The notes beneath the pieces are model-generated. The model had not been told where the DNA came from. It searched no databases and saw only the letters and a list, made by a program, of their open reading frames with translations. This document shows, piece by piece, positions 22,247 to 32,864 of a stretch of 64,000 nt of DNA. Each line of letters begins with the position of its first letter. The stretch's first letter is position 1. Source of the stretch: Gammaproteobacteria bacterium (lineage in GTDB: Bacteria; Pseudomonadota; Gammaproteobacteria; GCA-001735895); NCBI GenBank assembly GCA_050298595.1, contig JBNKUM010000076.1, positions 64,001-128,000 of the forward strand. Reading direction: 5' to 3'. A program made the translations under genes and the position numbers.

Positions 22247-23098
22247 ATGTCTTCAATTGTACTTGATGGAAAAGCCCTCGCCACCCAGTTTGAAACCCAG
22301 CTCACCGAACGTGTCACTGCAATAAAACAGAAGACTCAGGGTGTCACGCCTATTCTGGCTACCATACTGGTGGGAGATGATCCGGCCTCAGAAACCTATG
22401 TCAAAATGAAGGGCAATGCCTGCAAACGCGTAGGTATGGATTCCATACGACTGGTTCTCGATCAAAACACTACCACCGAACAACTGATGGCAGAGATCGA
22501 CCAACTGAATAAAAATCCGGATGTGCATGGGATTCTGCTACAGCATCCCGTGCCTGAACAGATTGATGAACGTCTGTGTTTTGATTCTATTGCCCTGAAT
22601 AAAGATGTCGATGGCGTCACTTCACTGGGATTCGGCAAGATGGCGATGCAGGAATTCGCCTATGGCTCCGCGACCCCGGCCGGTATCATGAGCATATTAA
22701 AGGCATACGATATCGAGCTTTCGGGTAAGCACGCTGTCGTCATCGGTCGCAGCGCCATCCTTGGTAAACCCATGGCGATGATGCTACTTAACGAGAATGC
22801 CACCGTCACCATCTGCCATTCACGCACCAAAGACCTGCCCTCACTGGTAAAACAGGCTGATATCGTGGTAGGTGCTGTAGGCAAGCCTGAGTTAATCAAA
22901 GGTGACTGGATCAAGGATGGGGCTGTGGTCGTTGATGCCGGATACCATCCCGGCGGTATTGGCGACATTGAACTGGATGCCATCAAACAGCGCTGTTATG
23001 CCTATACACCCGTACCTGGTGGCGTAGGACCTATGACTATTGCCACTCTGATCGAACAGACAGTCAGCGCGGCAGAAAGGCATTACGAGATATATTAG
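22247..23098 (+). CDS. folD: Methylenetetrahydrofolate dehydrogenase/cyclohydrolase
   Basis: [19 protein letters not shown] and [11 protein letters not shown] motifs. Confidence 0.97.
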   Translation: MSSIVLDGKALATQFETQLTERVTAIKQKTQGVTPILATILVGDDPASETYVKMKGNACKRVGMDSIRLVLDQNTTTEQLMAEIDQLNKNPDVHGILLQHPVPEQIDERLCFDSIALNKDVDGVTSLGFGKMAMQEFAYGSATPAGIMSILKAYDIELSGKHAVVIGRSAILGKPMAMMLLNENATVTICHSRTKDLPSLVKQADIVVGAVGKPELIKGDWIKDGAVVVDAGYHPGGIGDIELDAIKQRCYAYTPVPGGVGPMTIATLIEQTVSAAERHYEIY

Positions 23099-23212
23099 CA
23101 AATTCTTATATTGTTAATTAACGCCTGATTCTATATACTCTTCGCCATTCTAACCATAAAATAAAATATCCTTTGCTTGTAATATAAGGGATATAAGCGG
23201 AGAGCCTGTCAC

Positions 23213-24067
23213 ATGTTTAACCTGAAATCGGCAATATGGCTGTGCGTATTTGTTCTGACCTCCGTCAGTCAAATCGCATCAGCACAATCCTATTACCCGA
23301 ACAATAACTATCCTGCAAACAACGGATATAACAACTCTAGTTATTACGGGTACAACAATCCCGGTTATGGCAGATACAATAATTCTGGATATAACGGATA
23401 CAATCGCTATAACAATTATCCTCAACCCAGTTACAACAACTATCCACAGCAAAACTATAACAATTACTACAACCAGCAGCCGCCTGCCTATGGCTACGCG
23501 CAACCGGCCTACCCACAGAATTATTACCCCATGCCTCGCTACAACAATGGCTACGGTTACAACAACAATGGCAATGGCTTCAACAGAATGTTCAAGGGCA
23601 ATAAATTTGGTGGTGGTCGAAACTTTGGCGAAGAGCTATGGCCTGGGCGCGGAAGCATCTACGAAGATGCACTACCTATGCATGGCCCCTGGGACAGAAA
23701 CTGGGGTAAAGCACCCTGGAATCGTGATTACGAAAACCTGTGGGAACCGGAAGGTGGGCCCGACAAATGGTTTGATTTCGGTGACCCTAAAGAAGGTATG
23801 GCCAATGCCTGGGAAGACATGCTGTATACCCCGAACGCCCTCGGCACTATGCCTGGTGGATGGAAAGCACCGAGTATCTCGGTACCCAACCCAATTGATG
23901 TAGGTGATGAATTCAAAAATGCCGCGAAAGATATGCCCGATGAAATGCAAAACTTCAGCGAAGGTTTCACCTACGGCGAAGATGGCTACAACGACAATCC
24001 TAACAAAGGTCAGTTTGGTGCGGGTAACAAGAAAAAAGGCATAAACATCGCACCTAAAACACGCTAA
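23213..24067 (+). CDS. Secreted Tyr/Asn/Gly/Pro-rich low-complexity protein
   Basis: Signal peptide ending ASA; about 95 aa of YNN/YG/YPQ repeats; Trp/Gly/Pro-rich C-domain. Confidence 0.8.
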   Translation: MFNLKSAIWLCVFVLTSVSQIASAQSYYPNNNYPANNGYNNSSYYGYNNPGYGRYNNSGYNGYNRYNNYPQPSYNNYPQQNYNNYYNQQPPAYGYAQPAYPQNYYPMPRYNNGYGYNNNGNGFNRMFKGNKFGGGRNFGEELWPGRGSIYEDALPMHGPWDRNWGKAPWNRDYENLWEPEGGPDKWFDFGDPKEGMANAWEDMLYTPNALGTMPGGWKAPSISVPNPIDVGDEFKNAAKDMPDEMQNFSEGFTYGEDGYNDNPNKGQFGAGNKKKGINIAPKTR

Positions 24068-24083
24068 AAATTAAGGCACAAGG

Positions 24084-24293
24084 ATGTGTACAATCTTAAC
24101 TCTCAACAACACCCGGTCTATGTTGCAGGCCTGGCGCATGATATGGATCGGCCTGGTTATCGGCATCATTCACGTCATAACCTTGGCTGTTTCTCTGAAA
24201 ACCTGTCCGACAACAGCTGGCTCATCCTCAGGTTCATCATCTTCAGGGACCTCAGGCGGATCTTCTGGTGGCGGCGGTAGTGGTGGCTGGTAA
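24084..24293 (+). pseudogene. C-terminal remnant of a DUF2207/TPM-type membrane protein
   Basis: Ends GSSSGSSSSGTSGGSSGGGGSGGW-stop, the typical tail of these families; no upstream body. Confidence 0.5.
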
Positions 24294-24361
24294 TCACCCT
24301 TAACAACTGTGCTAATTTTATTGCCCACTCATTTAAACTGAATATATTTTAAGGATTAATC

Positions 24362-24988
24362 ATGTCAGGCAACATTCAACAGGTCGCAATATTTTCCAGA
24401 ACACAACGCATTACCCACTGGCTAATAGCCGCTGGCGTTATATTTGAGTTAATCAGTGCATGGCTGGTACAGAATGCAGATGTAGACATCATTGCATGGA
24501 GTGAGTGGCATGTGATGATAGGCCAGGCACTGGCCTTGCCCCTGTTATTGCGCGTTTATTTACTATTAGTACCTGGTCCCACACACTGGCGCGGATTTAT
24601 GCCGACACGCGGTCAACGTCAGCTGTTACTGGAAACACTAAAGTTCTACGCTTCACTGGGTCGCCTGCCCTGCCCCGACTGGTATGCCTACAATCCGATC
24701 TGGCAACCGATTTATCTGATTATAATTGCTGTGCTGGCACTCACTACTGCAACCGGGTTTGCGACAGGCTTTGGGCCAGGCGTACTCAACTGGCACTCGA
24801 CTCTGGCAGCTTTTATCTTATATTTCACACTGGCTCATCTATTTTTTAGTGTGCTGCATGATGTTAAGGGGAATGGCGCTCAAATTTCAGCCATGCTAAA
24901 TGGCAACAAATATTTCCATATCAAACAGGCTACTACACAGATTCCTAAAGAGAACAGTGTTTCGCTGGATAGTTTTATGAAGAAGTAA
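24362..24988 (+). CDS. Cytochrome b (Ni/Fe-hydrogenase b-type family)
   Basis: RITHW, WH, YNP, WH..AH heme ligands; ISAMLNG. Confidence 0.85.
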   Translation: MSGNIQQVAIFSRTQRITHWLIAAGVIFELISAWLVQNADVDIIAWSEWHVMIGQALALPLLLRVYLLLVPGPTHWRGFMPTRGQRQLLLETLKFYASLGRLPCPDWYAYNPIWQPIYLIIIAVLALTTATGFATGFGPGVLNWHSTLAAFILYFTLAHLFFSVLHDVKGNGAQISAMLNGNKYFHIKQATTQIPKENSVSLDSFMKK

Positions 24989-25002
24989 TACTCGGAAATC
25001 CC

Positions 25003-25509
25003 TTACTTACTTCTGAAATTCCAGGGCGCCACAGCCTTACTTTCCCAAAGTCCTAGAGTATCCTTGCGTGCCTGCAACTCGGCCTCACTATAAATCCGCT
25101 TAAGTTCTTCAGGAAAATCAATATCTTCCCGATAAAACCAGGCGTAACCATCCTTTATTTGTTGTAGATTGATATCCCGATCATCTTTTAAAATACGTGC
25201 CGTAATGCGACCGTATCTATCGCTTTGAATAGTGTCCAGATCAACATATTGATCAAGCACCAGTCTACTCAGGTTGCGCCTTGCCTCTTTACCATACAAC
25301 TGTTCTAACTGAGGGGCATCAATACCCGACAACCAGACTTTGCGGCTGTTATGCTCGGCATCTACCACATACACCGTATCCCCCGCCATCACTTCAACTA
25401 CCCGGCAGGGACAGTTCAAGGTATTTGCCATAACTGGAGAGCCCGTTAAAAAAAACAAAACGATGATCACGAAAAACCAGCTTCGATTTATTGGCCTGTT
25501 CATTCTCAC
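25003..25509 (-). CDS. Thermonuclease (SNase) family protein
   Basis: GDT, GIDAP, DRYGR and GLW..PW motifs; some catalytic positions look diverged. Confidence 0.88.
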   Translation of the reverse strand: MRMNRPINRSWFFVIIVLFFLTGSPVMANTLNCPCRVVEVMAGDTVYVVDAEHNSRKVWLSGIDAPQLEQLYGKEARRNLSRLVLDQYVDLDTIQSDRYGRITARILKDDRDINLQQIKDGYAWFYREDIDFPEELKRIYSEAELQARKDTLGLWESKAVAPWNFRSK

Positions 25510-25907
25510 TTTGTATCGAAATTTAATTGGGAAATAATTTCGTTCAACCTGTTTTGCTGACCATCCATTCCAGTCACTGCAGAATCTTTGCTGGCAGAAG
25601 CCACTTTTCTTAATCGAATCTTTTCAATATATTGCAGGTTACACAGAAGAATGGTTTTCTTGATTTTTTCAAGCTGGTCAGCAATCAGTCCCATATCTCT
25701 GACCCAGGTTTCAATTACGACCCCTTTAGTTTTATCTATTTTTGCACCCGGTTCTAACTTGGAGCCCAGCGAGTTGAAGTCTTCACACCACTCCAGGGGT
25801 GCTTTATGAGAAAGCTTAAAAAACAAATCAATGTAACCCTCTTTGCGCACTCTTGGAGGACGCTCATCGTCAATTCCAGTAATCTTTATATCATTGATTG
25901 AATCCAT
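25506..25907 (-). CDS. Hypothetical protein
   Basis: 133-aa ORF whose stop overlaps the start of the SNase gene. Confidence 0.7.
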   Translation of the reverse strand: MDSINDIKITGIDDERPPRVRKEGYIDLFFKLSHKAPLEWCEDFNSLGSKLEPGAKIDKTKGVVIETWVRDMGLIADQLEKIKKTILLCNLQYIEKIRLRKVASASKDSAVTGMDGQQNRLNEIISQLNFDTK

Positions 25908-26081
25908 TAATTTTCTCCAAAGTAATAATCAATACGGCATGCTTATTAAAGATGATTTCTGATCTGTAAAGTTCATTTTAGACAGGATTAGAGATCAAGA
26001 GGATAAAGACAGCACTCGTTGATCAATTGCCTTTTGCCATAGCAGTCTAGCATGCATAGTAATCACCCGTAGCATTATAAA

Positions 26082-28400
26082 TCATCGTCCACACCAGTGA
26101 GGTAGTACCATCTGACATAACTTGGATACATCCACCGTCAGCACCAGAGCCTGAGACTCACGAGTGATAACTGAGTAATCCTGTATATCTTCCAGCCTGT
26201 ACAGGTACTTGAGTGATAAGATTTCATTCAAAAACCCGCCCTTCAGGTAAACTGAGCCCAGATCAGTATCATACACATGCTGTCCTTTGGTTTCGTACTG
26301 GTAGCCGATACCCCAGGTTGTTAGTAAAAAAGCGTTACTGTCGTTGTGGTGAATTAAGCCGATACCCAGGCTCGCATAATCATCATCCGCCAGCTCACGT
26401 CCAAAATCATGGTAGCCCAGACTCATATCAATGCTCATATTGGCAAAGGTCAGACCTTTGGGACGATAGCCCAGCTCCAGCAGATTATTCTTCTGACTCA
26501 GGTTAAAACCGTAAGAGACAGAAAATACATCTTTAATCGGTAACGGCCAGATCTGTGAATCATGATGATAAAGATAGGAATCCACCACAGGCTTTGCCAC
26601 CTTTAATGCGGTTCCAATATACTGATTACCCAACTTCCCGGAACAGTTCTCGCAATTTGCCGCAGACTGTTGCATCTGAATAATATTTTCATAGATACCA
26701 GAAACCTTTTCTGCCGTAAACTTTCTACCATCTTTCAGGATACGCTCCATATCGCTGCCATGGCCAAGATCAAGGTCTCCAGCATAAGTATCGAATCTAT
26801 CCAGATAACTGCTGTAATCAACCTGACTACCATGGGTAACACTGACCGTTCCAAAAGATTTCGCTAAAGCGATATTCATATTCTGTTTTTCCCGACAGAT
26901 CACCAGCGATTTATCAAACTCACTGTTATACAGGTAACGAAAGAAATCTACATTTGAATCCTCGTAGGATAACTTCAAACGGGTGTCATCAAAACATTGC
27001 TGAGGCTGTGATTTTATCCATTGCATTAACTCTTCGCGTACACAGCCCTGATACACCGGATCGAATCGATTAATATTCTTTCCTGAGCGCTCGGTACTCG
27101 TATCGCATTGAATTTGTGCGATCAAATGCTGGCCATCGTAGACCCCTACCAGATAGTCATGCAGGCGGTATTCGGCCGCATAAAACGCCCCAAAATGCTC
27201 ATGCAGATCAGCCAGCAAATGATGAAAGCGATTGGTCATATAAAAGCTACGCCTATCGGATTCAATATTTGATAATCGTTTCAAAGCCGAGCGGTATTCA
27301 TTATCAAGTGCGGTTGTAAGTGACTTAATAAAATAAGTTCCATAGTCATATAGCCCGGATATCGAATAATCCTGAACAACTTTTTGCGCTACATTTTCCT
27401 TAGATCGATAAGAATCCGGGTTTATATAAATCAACTTCATCGGTTTCTGCATGCCCGCATTAGTCTTCACCTTGTGGTCATACACATCAAGACTCACCCC
27501 TATCGGTGAGTTATCGAAAAAACCGCCATCACTAAAGTATTCAGTGGTTGCTCTACCTCGGGTGCAGGACTGCCCCTTTTCAAGCTCAAGCGGGTAACAA
27601 TAACTCAGTGGCACGGGTGAAAATGCCAGCGGAAAAGCACTGGATGCCAGCCCCAGATCCCACACATCATCAAATTCAACCAGGCCCAGCTCATTCTCAA
27701 CAAGCAGCAAATAAGGTGTAGGGAACTGGATAGACTCCTTATCCAGAGGTTGGTGGATATCCTTATAATTCCTGAAAGCCAGTTTTTGATTCTCATCGAC
27801 AAATACCTGTAAGGGTATAACAAACCTTTGCAATTTAACGGTTTCACCAATTTCATTGATTTTATATCGATAGGGTTCAACCTTGGTGATAGACATGGTA
27901 ATAATCATACTGCATCCTGCAACAGCATCACGTTCGATTAAGCTTTTTATCAGCTGCTTTTTTTTAAAAAAACCATCCCGATTAAAAATGCCTCGCTGCT
28001 TTGAACTTTTTGCTTGATCTGACATTTCATCTTTTGCAGGCACCAGATCCTGAATACCGATATCCCAGCTCCAGCGCATAAAATTATCACTCTGAGAATC
28101 GTTTAGTGCGATGTCATCCTGAGTTGTAATGCGTTTATCTTTAATGCAGCTATCGACCGCCGACAATACACTATTAATGCTACCTGCCGATGCCCCTGAA
28201 AAGGCAACCACTTCATCCTGTTTTTGCTGCACATAATGTAGCAGTGTACGATTCAATCCGGTCTCATAACTACCCAGACTGATGCCACCCTTGACGGCAA
28301 AATAATATACATCCCTCGCAGCAGCATCGGTTGCTGCCAAAAGTTGAAAACTAAAACAGTAAGCAAGGATAAACAGAATAAGCTTTTGTGGATTTTTCAT
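26082..28400 (-). CDS. Secreted patatin-like phospholipase with beta-rich C-terminus
   Basis: Signal peptide; GGISLG, GASAG, ASSAFP and DGG motifs. Confidence 0.85.
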   Translation of the reverse strand: MKNPQKLILFILAYCFSFQLLAATDAAARDVYYFAVKGGISLGSYETGLNRTLLHYVQQKQDEVVAFSGASAGSINSVLSAVDSCIKDKRITTQDDIALNDSQSDNFMRWSWDIGIQDLVPAKDEMSDQAKSSKQRGIFNRDGFFKKKQLIKSLIERDAVAGCSMIITMSITKVEPYRYKINEIGETVKLQRFVIPLQVFVDENQKLAFRNYKDIHQPLDKESIQFPTPYLLLVENELGLVEFDDVWDLGLASSAFPLAFSPVPLSYCYPLELEKGQSCTRGRATTEYFSDGGFFDNSPIGVSLDVYDHKVKTNAGMQKPMKLIYINPDSYRSKENVAQKVVQDYSISGLYDYGTYFIKSLTTALDNEYRSALKRLSNIESDRRSFYMTNRFHHLLADLHEHFGAFYAAEYRLHDYLVGVYDGQHLIAQIQCDTSTERSGKNINRFDPVYQGCVREELMQWIKSQPQQCFDDTRLKLSYEDSNVDFFRYLYNSEFDKSLVICREKQNMNIALAKSFGTVSVTHGSQVDYSSYLDRFDTYAGDLDLGHGSDMERILKDGRKFTAEKVSGIYENIIQMQQSAANCENCSGKLGNQYIGTALKVAKPVVDSYLYHHDSQIWPLPIKDVFSVSYGFNLSQKNNLLELGYRPKGLTFANMSIDMSLGYHDFGRELADDDYASLGIGLIHHNDSNAFLLTTWGIGYQYETKGQHVYDTDLGSVYLKGGFLNEILSLKYLYRLEDIQDYSVITRESQALVLTVDVSKLCQMVLPHWCGR

Positions 28401-28577
28401 ACTGGAGTTCCAGGAGCCCGCTGGCTAAAATTTTTTTTAAATCGTTAAACAGGTTATACATTTTCCTGCTTACAGGTATGATGTAAAACCCTGATTGCTG
28501 AAAGTTAACACTATTTAACCATGATCAGATAACAAAGCATGTTAAATTAATTCCCTATTATTTCACTTACTACAAAT

Positions 28578-29276
28578 ATGCCTTCAGAATTAGTCAATAG
28601 TTCAAACTCAGGTAAATCAGGGATGCGTGCCCGCCACATTTTGTTGATCATAGTCATCACTATATTGCTAACGATGGCTGCAACCTTCTGGTTTGTACGT
28701 AGCTATATATATGCCAAAGACTTTACTCCTGTGCAACTCAATACCAGCGAACAGCAGCAACTGAACCAAAAACTCAAGGTGCTGGGCTATCAGCCAGAAA
28801 CCACCCAACCTCAGAATAATCAGCCAGCAAGCGAAAGTGATGCACAATGGTTAAGACCTGAAGCCTATCAGGAAAACGCCGCAAAACGCGAGGTTAACTT
28901 CAGCGAACGTGAGCTAAATGCCATGATTGCAAACAATCAGGACCTGGCTAAAAAACTCGCCATAGACCTGAGTAATGACCTGATCAGCGCACGCTTACTG
29001 GTACCGCTAGATCCCAATTTTCCCATCATGGGAGGTAAAACCCTCCGCGTTTCTGCAGGCCTCGAAACATCATTCAGCAATGCCCGGCCCAAAGTTATTC
29101 TAAAAGGTGTCAGTCTAATGGGTATAACTATACCCGCTGCCTGGCTGGGTGGACTGAAGAATATTGACCTGATCAGCGAGTTTGGCGATGAAAAAGGGTT
29201 CTGGTCTGGCTTTGCCGACGGTGTGGAAAATATTCAGGTGAGTGAAGGCTTGCTCAAGGTAAAACTAAAACCCTGA
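28578..29276 (+). CDS. Membrane-anchored hypothetical protein
   Basis: Single N-terminal TM; SERELNAMI and PAAWLGGLKNIDL segments. Confidence 0.7.
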   Translation: MPSELVNSSNSGKSGMRARHILLIIVITILLTMAATFWFVRSYIYAKDFTPVQLNTSEQQQLNQKLKVLGYQPETTQPQNNQPASESDAQWLRPEAYQENAAKREVNFSERELNAMIANNQDLAKKLAIDLSNDLISARLLVPLDPNFPIMGGKTLRVSAGLETSFSNARPKVILKGVSLMGITIPAAWLGGLKNIDLISEFGDEKGFWSGFADGVENIQVSEGLLKVKLKP

Positions 29277-29324
29277 GCAGCTAGCTTTGCTATACTGATC
29301 TGCTTCCACCCGAGATCAAGCTTA

Positions 29325-30028
29325 ATGGCCCTGCTGAACATCCAGGATAACGGGGCTCCACAGGAATTCAGCCTGTTTGTTCCAGGCTTTCGCCCCTTTT
29401 TCCTTGCCGCCGGTATTTTCTCGATAGTCAGCATCAGCTTATGGATGGGTATATATGTTTTTGGCCTTAAAATTCTCGCTTACTGGATCTATCCACGCTG
29501 GCTCTTTTTTTATTATTCACACTGGATGAAGTCTTTATCAGATCCGGTGTAACCCCTTATATCTCTGCCATATTGTTCTTCGTCACCAGTCTGCGCCTGT
29601 ATAACTGGCATACGCCTGGCCTGTGGAAAGTCCCCTTGTTGTGGGGTTTATACGGCGCGTTTATGTCGATTAATATCGGCTTTTGCCTGTTTGCCGCTAG
29701 CGCTTTTACTTCTACCATTACATCCACCCTGGCGCTACACGCGATGGCTTTTGGTGGCATAGGGGTAATGACACTATCCATGATGTCACGTATCACCCTG
29801 GGTCATACCGGGCATGATGTACAGCATCCTTCAGCATGGATAGCTCTTGCTCAGTGGCTGCTGTTACTGGGTGCAGTCAGCCGCGTGATACTGCCCATAT
29901 TCCTGCTTAACTATTACGTCTATTGAATAGCGTTATCACAGACACTATGGGTAGCAGCATTTATCATTTTCCTGGCAGTCAACTTCCCCTTGCTAAGCAA
30001 GCCTGGAATTGATGGAGCAGCAGGATGA
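29325..30028 (+). pseudogene. nnrS: NnrS family protein, internally deleted and disrupted
   Basis: GFRPFFLAA N-terminus; VPLLWGLY, HAM..GGIG and MMSRITLGHTG motifs; frameshifts, missing middle, in-frame TGA at 29924-29926. Confidence 0.8.
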
Positions 30029-30131
30029 AAGGAAACATGTTTACTTGCTCCAGCCCAGTAGCCTGACAAAAACTGATTGATAAATCTGGATTAACTATTA
30101 GTATCCACTAATACTATTAAACAGCACTGAA

Positions 30132-31187
30132 ATGATCTTAAAACACCCTATACGCATTACATTTTTCGGCCTTTGTCTGACATTGGCATCACAGCTACAG
30201 GCCGCGCCAGATGGGCTCAAGCTATACAGCAAACACTGCTCGGTATGTCACAACGATGACGGCATGGGCGGTATAGGTCTGCCATTAAACAGTGAAAAGA
30301 TAGAACACTTTCCGCGTGATTACCTGTTTAAAACCATCCGCAATGGTCGTCCCGGTCGCGTTATGCCCGCTTTTAGCAAACTCAGTGATGCACAGGTCAA
30401 TGCCATTGTCGATCACGTACTGAGCTGGAAGAAGAGCAAAAAAATTGATGTTTACAGCCCGCTTGCAGTTGACGGAGACCCACAACGAGGCAAGCCGCTG
30501 TTCGAAGAAAAATGTTCCGCCTGTCATGGCAGGAATGGCAAAAGTAAAGGCACAGGAACCGGAGTCACCCTGTCGCGTGAGCGCAAATTTGCGGTGGTAC
30601 CTCCCGCCTTGAACAATGCAGGCTTCCTGGCCAGTGCCAACGACGAATGGATTAAAAGCACGATCAAACATGGAAGACCCGGCACCATTATGCCCTCACA
30701 GGAAATATTCAAACTCACCGAACAGCAACTCAACGATGTCGTGAGTTACGTACGCAGTTTCGAACTGGAATATACCGAGCAGGACAGCGCAGTAGCCGAA
30801 GCCCCCACCATAGTGGTCGACTCACCTTATGATTTTGTCACCACCGTAAATAATATCAAACAAAGTCTGCAGGGCATGAACTTCCGTTACTTCCCGGATC
30901 GATATCTTGAAATGGGTCTGGCAGATGATGCCGTAATCAACAAAAAACAGTTGTCACTGCGATTCTGTAATTTCAAACAGCTATACAAAATGATCAACAT
31001 CGAACCCCGCCTGGGCGTCGTGCTTCCCTGTCGCCTGACCGTAGTCGAAGCAGACGATGGATCGGTAAAGATTTACGCCATGAATATGAAAGTAGTCTCG
31101 CGACTTTTCAATAACACACAACTCATCGAAGTGGCTACACAGATGCATGCAACCCTACTTGAAATAATCGATGAGGCAACATTATGA
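30132..31187 (+). CDS. Diheme cytochrome c fused to DUF302
   Basis: Signal peptide; CSVCH and CSACH; GRPG..MP; C-terminal FC...LPC DUF302 pattern. Confidence 0.85.
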   Translation: MILKHPIRITFFGLCLTLASQLQAAPDGLKLYSKHCSVCHNDDGMGGIGLPLNSEKIEHFPRDYLFKTIRNGRPGRVMPAFSKLSDAQVNAIVDHVLSWKKSKKIDVYSPLAVDGDPQRGKPLFEEKCSACHGRNGKSKGTGTGVTLSRERKFAVVPPALNNAGFLASANDEWIKSTIKHGRPGTIMPSQEIFKLTEQQLNDVVSYVRSFELEYTEQDSAVAEAPTIVVDSPYDFVTTVNNIKQSLQGMNFRYFPDRYLEMGLADDAVINKKQLSLRFCNFKQLYKMINIEPRLGVVLPCRLTVVEADDGSVKIYAMNMKVVSRLFNNTQLIEVATQMHATLLEIIDEATL

Positions 31188-31639
31188 AACTGATCAAAAT
31201 CTGTTTACTACTGACGCTACTCATTGCCGCACCCGCGCATGCAGAAAACATGATCATGCAACGCGTGCATCATAACTTTGAAGACACCATGATGCAGGTA
31301 AAAGAAAAGCTCGACGATTATGGATACAAGGTTGCACACATCCAGAAATGCGATGGCGGACTCAGCGAGTTTGGCTACAAGACCGACGAGTATCGCTCCA
31401 TCTTTTACGGAAAATTTGAAGAGATGCGATATCTGACAGGTAAATACCCCTTATTGATTCCCTATGTACCGCTAAAAATAGCCGTCATGAAAGAAAAGGA
31501 TACTGTAGTAATAGTTGCAATTAATCCCATAATGTTTTCAGACTTCTTCCCTGAAAAAGAACTGGCGATACAGTTTGGTCGCTGGGAAAGTGATATCAGA
31601 GCGATATTTGAGGAAGTTGCACAGACACCTGACCTGTAA
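31184..31639 (+). CDS. Secreted DUF302-like protein
   Basis: Signal peptide; PLKIAV....VIVAINP; start overlaps the previous stop. Confidence 0.75.
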   Translation: MKLIKICLLLTLLIAAPAHAENMIMQRVHHNFEDTMMQVKEKLDDYGYKVAHIQKCDGGLSEFGYKTDEYRSIFYGKFEEMRYLTGKYPLLIPYVPLKIAVMKEKDTVVIVAINPIMFSDFFPEKELAIQFGRWESDIRAIFEEVAQTPDL

Positions 31640-31793
31640 TTTCATGAGATGACTTAGCCAATGATATAGAGTTTGATTTATCCTGAGCGGACATTCATAA
31701 GAATTTTTTGAACATCTTTAAAATACCATTTGCGTCTGTATCTCAACCCCCTTTAACGATTGTTATAATGCAAGAACCGACCCCTATGTCCCC

Positions 31794-31877
31794 TGTCTCA
31801 GGTGCCTGTGCCATGCGAGAGCGGATTGGATTGAGGTCGGCATAAGCCATGCAGGCTGCCAATGCTTTTTCATCTAC
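31794..31877 (-). mobile_element. Fragment of a REP-associated tyrosine transposase (RAYT/Y1)
   Basis: Minus strand reads VDEKALAACMAYADLNPIRSRMAQAPET, matching the Y-x-D-L-N-P-I-R catalytic helix. Confidence 0.7.
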
Positions 31878-32031
31878 TTGAGGCTGTCAAATATTAAATA
31901 TCTGAATATCCTCTCATTTTGTCATTTAATCTTATAACGCATCCGAGCAAGAGTTTACTTCCTGAAAACGTAAGCAGATCTAAAAAATACTCCATTTTTA
32001 TCTAAACATACTATTATTAGCCTAATAATAT

Positions 32032-32796
32032 TTGCCTCAATCTCTAAAAATAAGGATATTCACCGTGAAGCATGCAACTATTCCTTTATTTCAAAAGCCC
32101 CATAAGGCACTCATCTGCCTGTCCTGCCTGCTCATGATTTGCTGTTCCCTGATTGTGCGCGCAAAGCCACTAATCCTACCCGAAACCGGCAATCAGGCTA
32201 TCACACTGAAAGATAAGGATATTGCGGTTCGTGAACGATTTGCCGCAATGGTGGAGAAAATCAGGGAAAACCCGGAATTTGAAAACAGGATGATCAGGTT
32301 GGGACAGGATCGCACAATATTCTGCAATATCTGTCATGGAAAGGATGGTAATTCAGTGCGCCCCGGCGCGCCTAGCCTTGCCAGTCAAAATCCGGTCTAT
32401 CTACTCGACCAATTCCAGCGTTTCAGTGATGGTCGACGATTTGATGGTGCAATGACCCAGCTGTCTAAAACTTTCACTGAGGATGAAAAGGTTTTACTGG
32501 CTCTTTATTATTCATCTTTGCAGGTGCAACCGACAAAGGTTATAGACCGTGAATCAGCGTTACGTGGAAAAAAAGTCTATGATGTTGCTTGCGCTCAATG
32601 TCATGGTGAAAATGGCCGAGGAGATAAGGGATATGCACATCTTGCAGGCCAAAAATCAGATTATGTCGTAAAAATGCTTAAGGAGTTTCGTTCCTATACG
32701 GGACGTCGAGCCAACCCCTGGATGACGGTGATTAGCAGTTCTCTGACTGAAGAACAAATGTCAGATGTGGCAATCTATGTGTCTAGTTTGAAATAG
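32032..32796 (+). CDS. Diheme cytochrome c4/c553-like protein
   Basis: CNICH and CAQCH; PSLASQNPVYL and HLAGQKSDY motifs; start uncertain. Confidence 0.85.
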   Translation: MPQSLKIRIFTVKHATIPLFQKPHKALICLSCLLMICCSLIVRAKPLILPETGNQAITLKDKDIAVRERFAAMVEKIRENPEFENRMIRLGQDRTIFCNICHGKDGNSVRPGAPSLASQNPVYLLDQFQRFSDGRRFDGAMTQLSKTFTEDEKVLLALYYSSLQVQPTKVIDRESALRGKKVYDVACAQCHGENGRGDKGYAHLAGQKSDYVVKMLKEFRSYTGRRANPWMTVISSSLTEEQMSDVAIYVSSLK

Positions 32797-32864
32797 TGAG
32801 CAGAATAAGGTCATTGATTTTAGACCTACTTTTTTAGTATTTCAGTTCTATTTCCTGATTTCAG

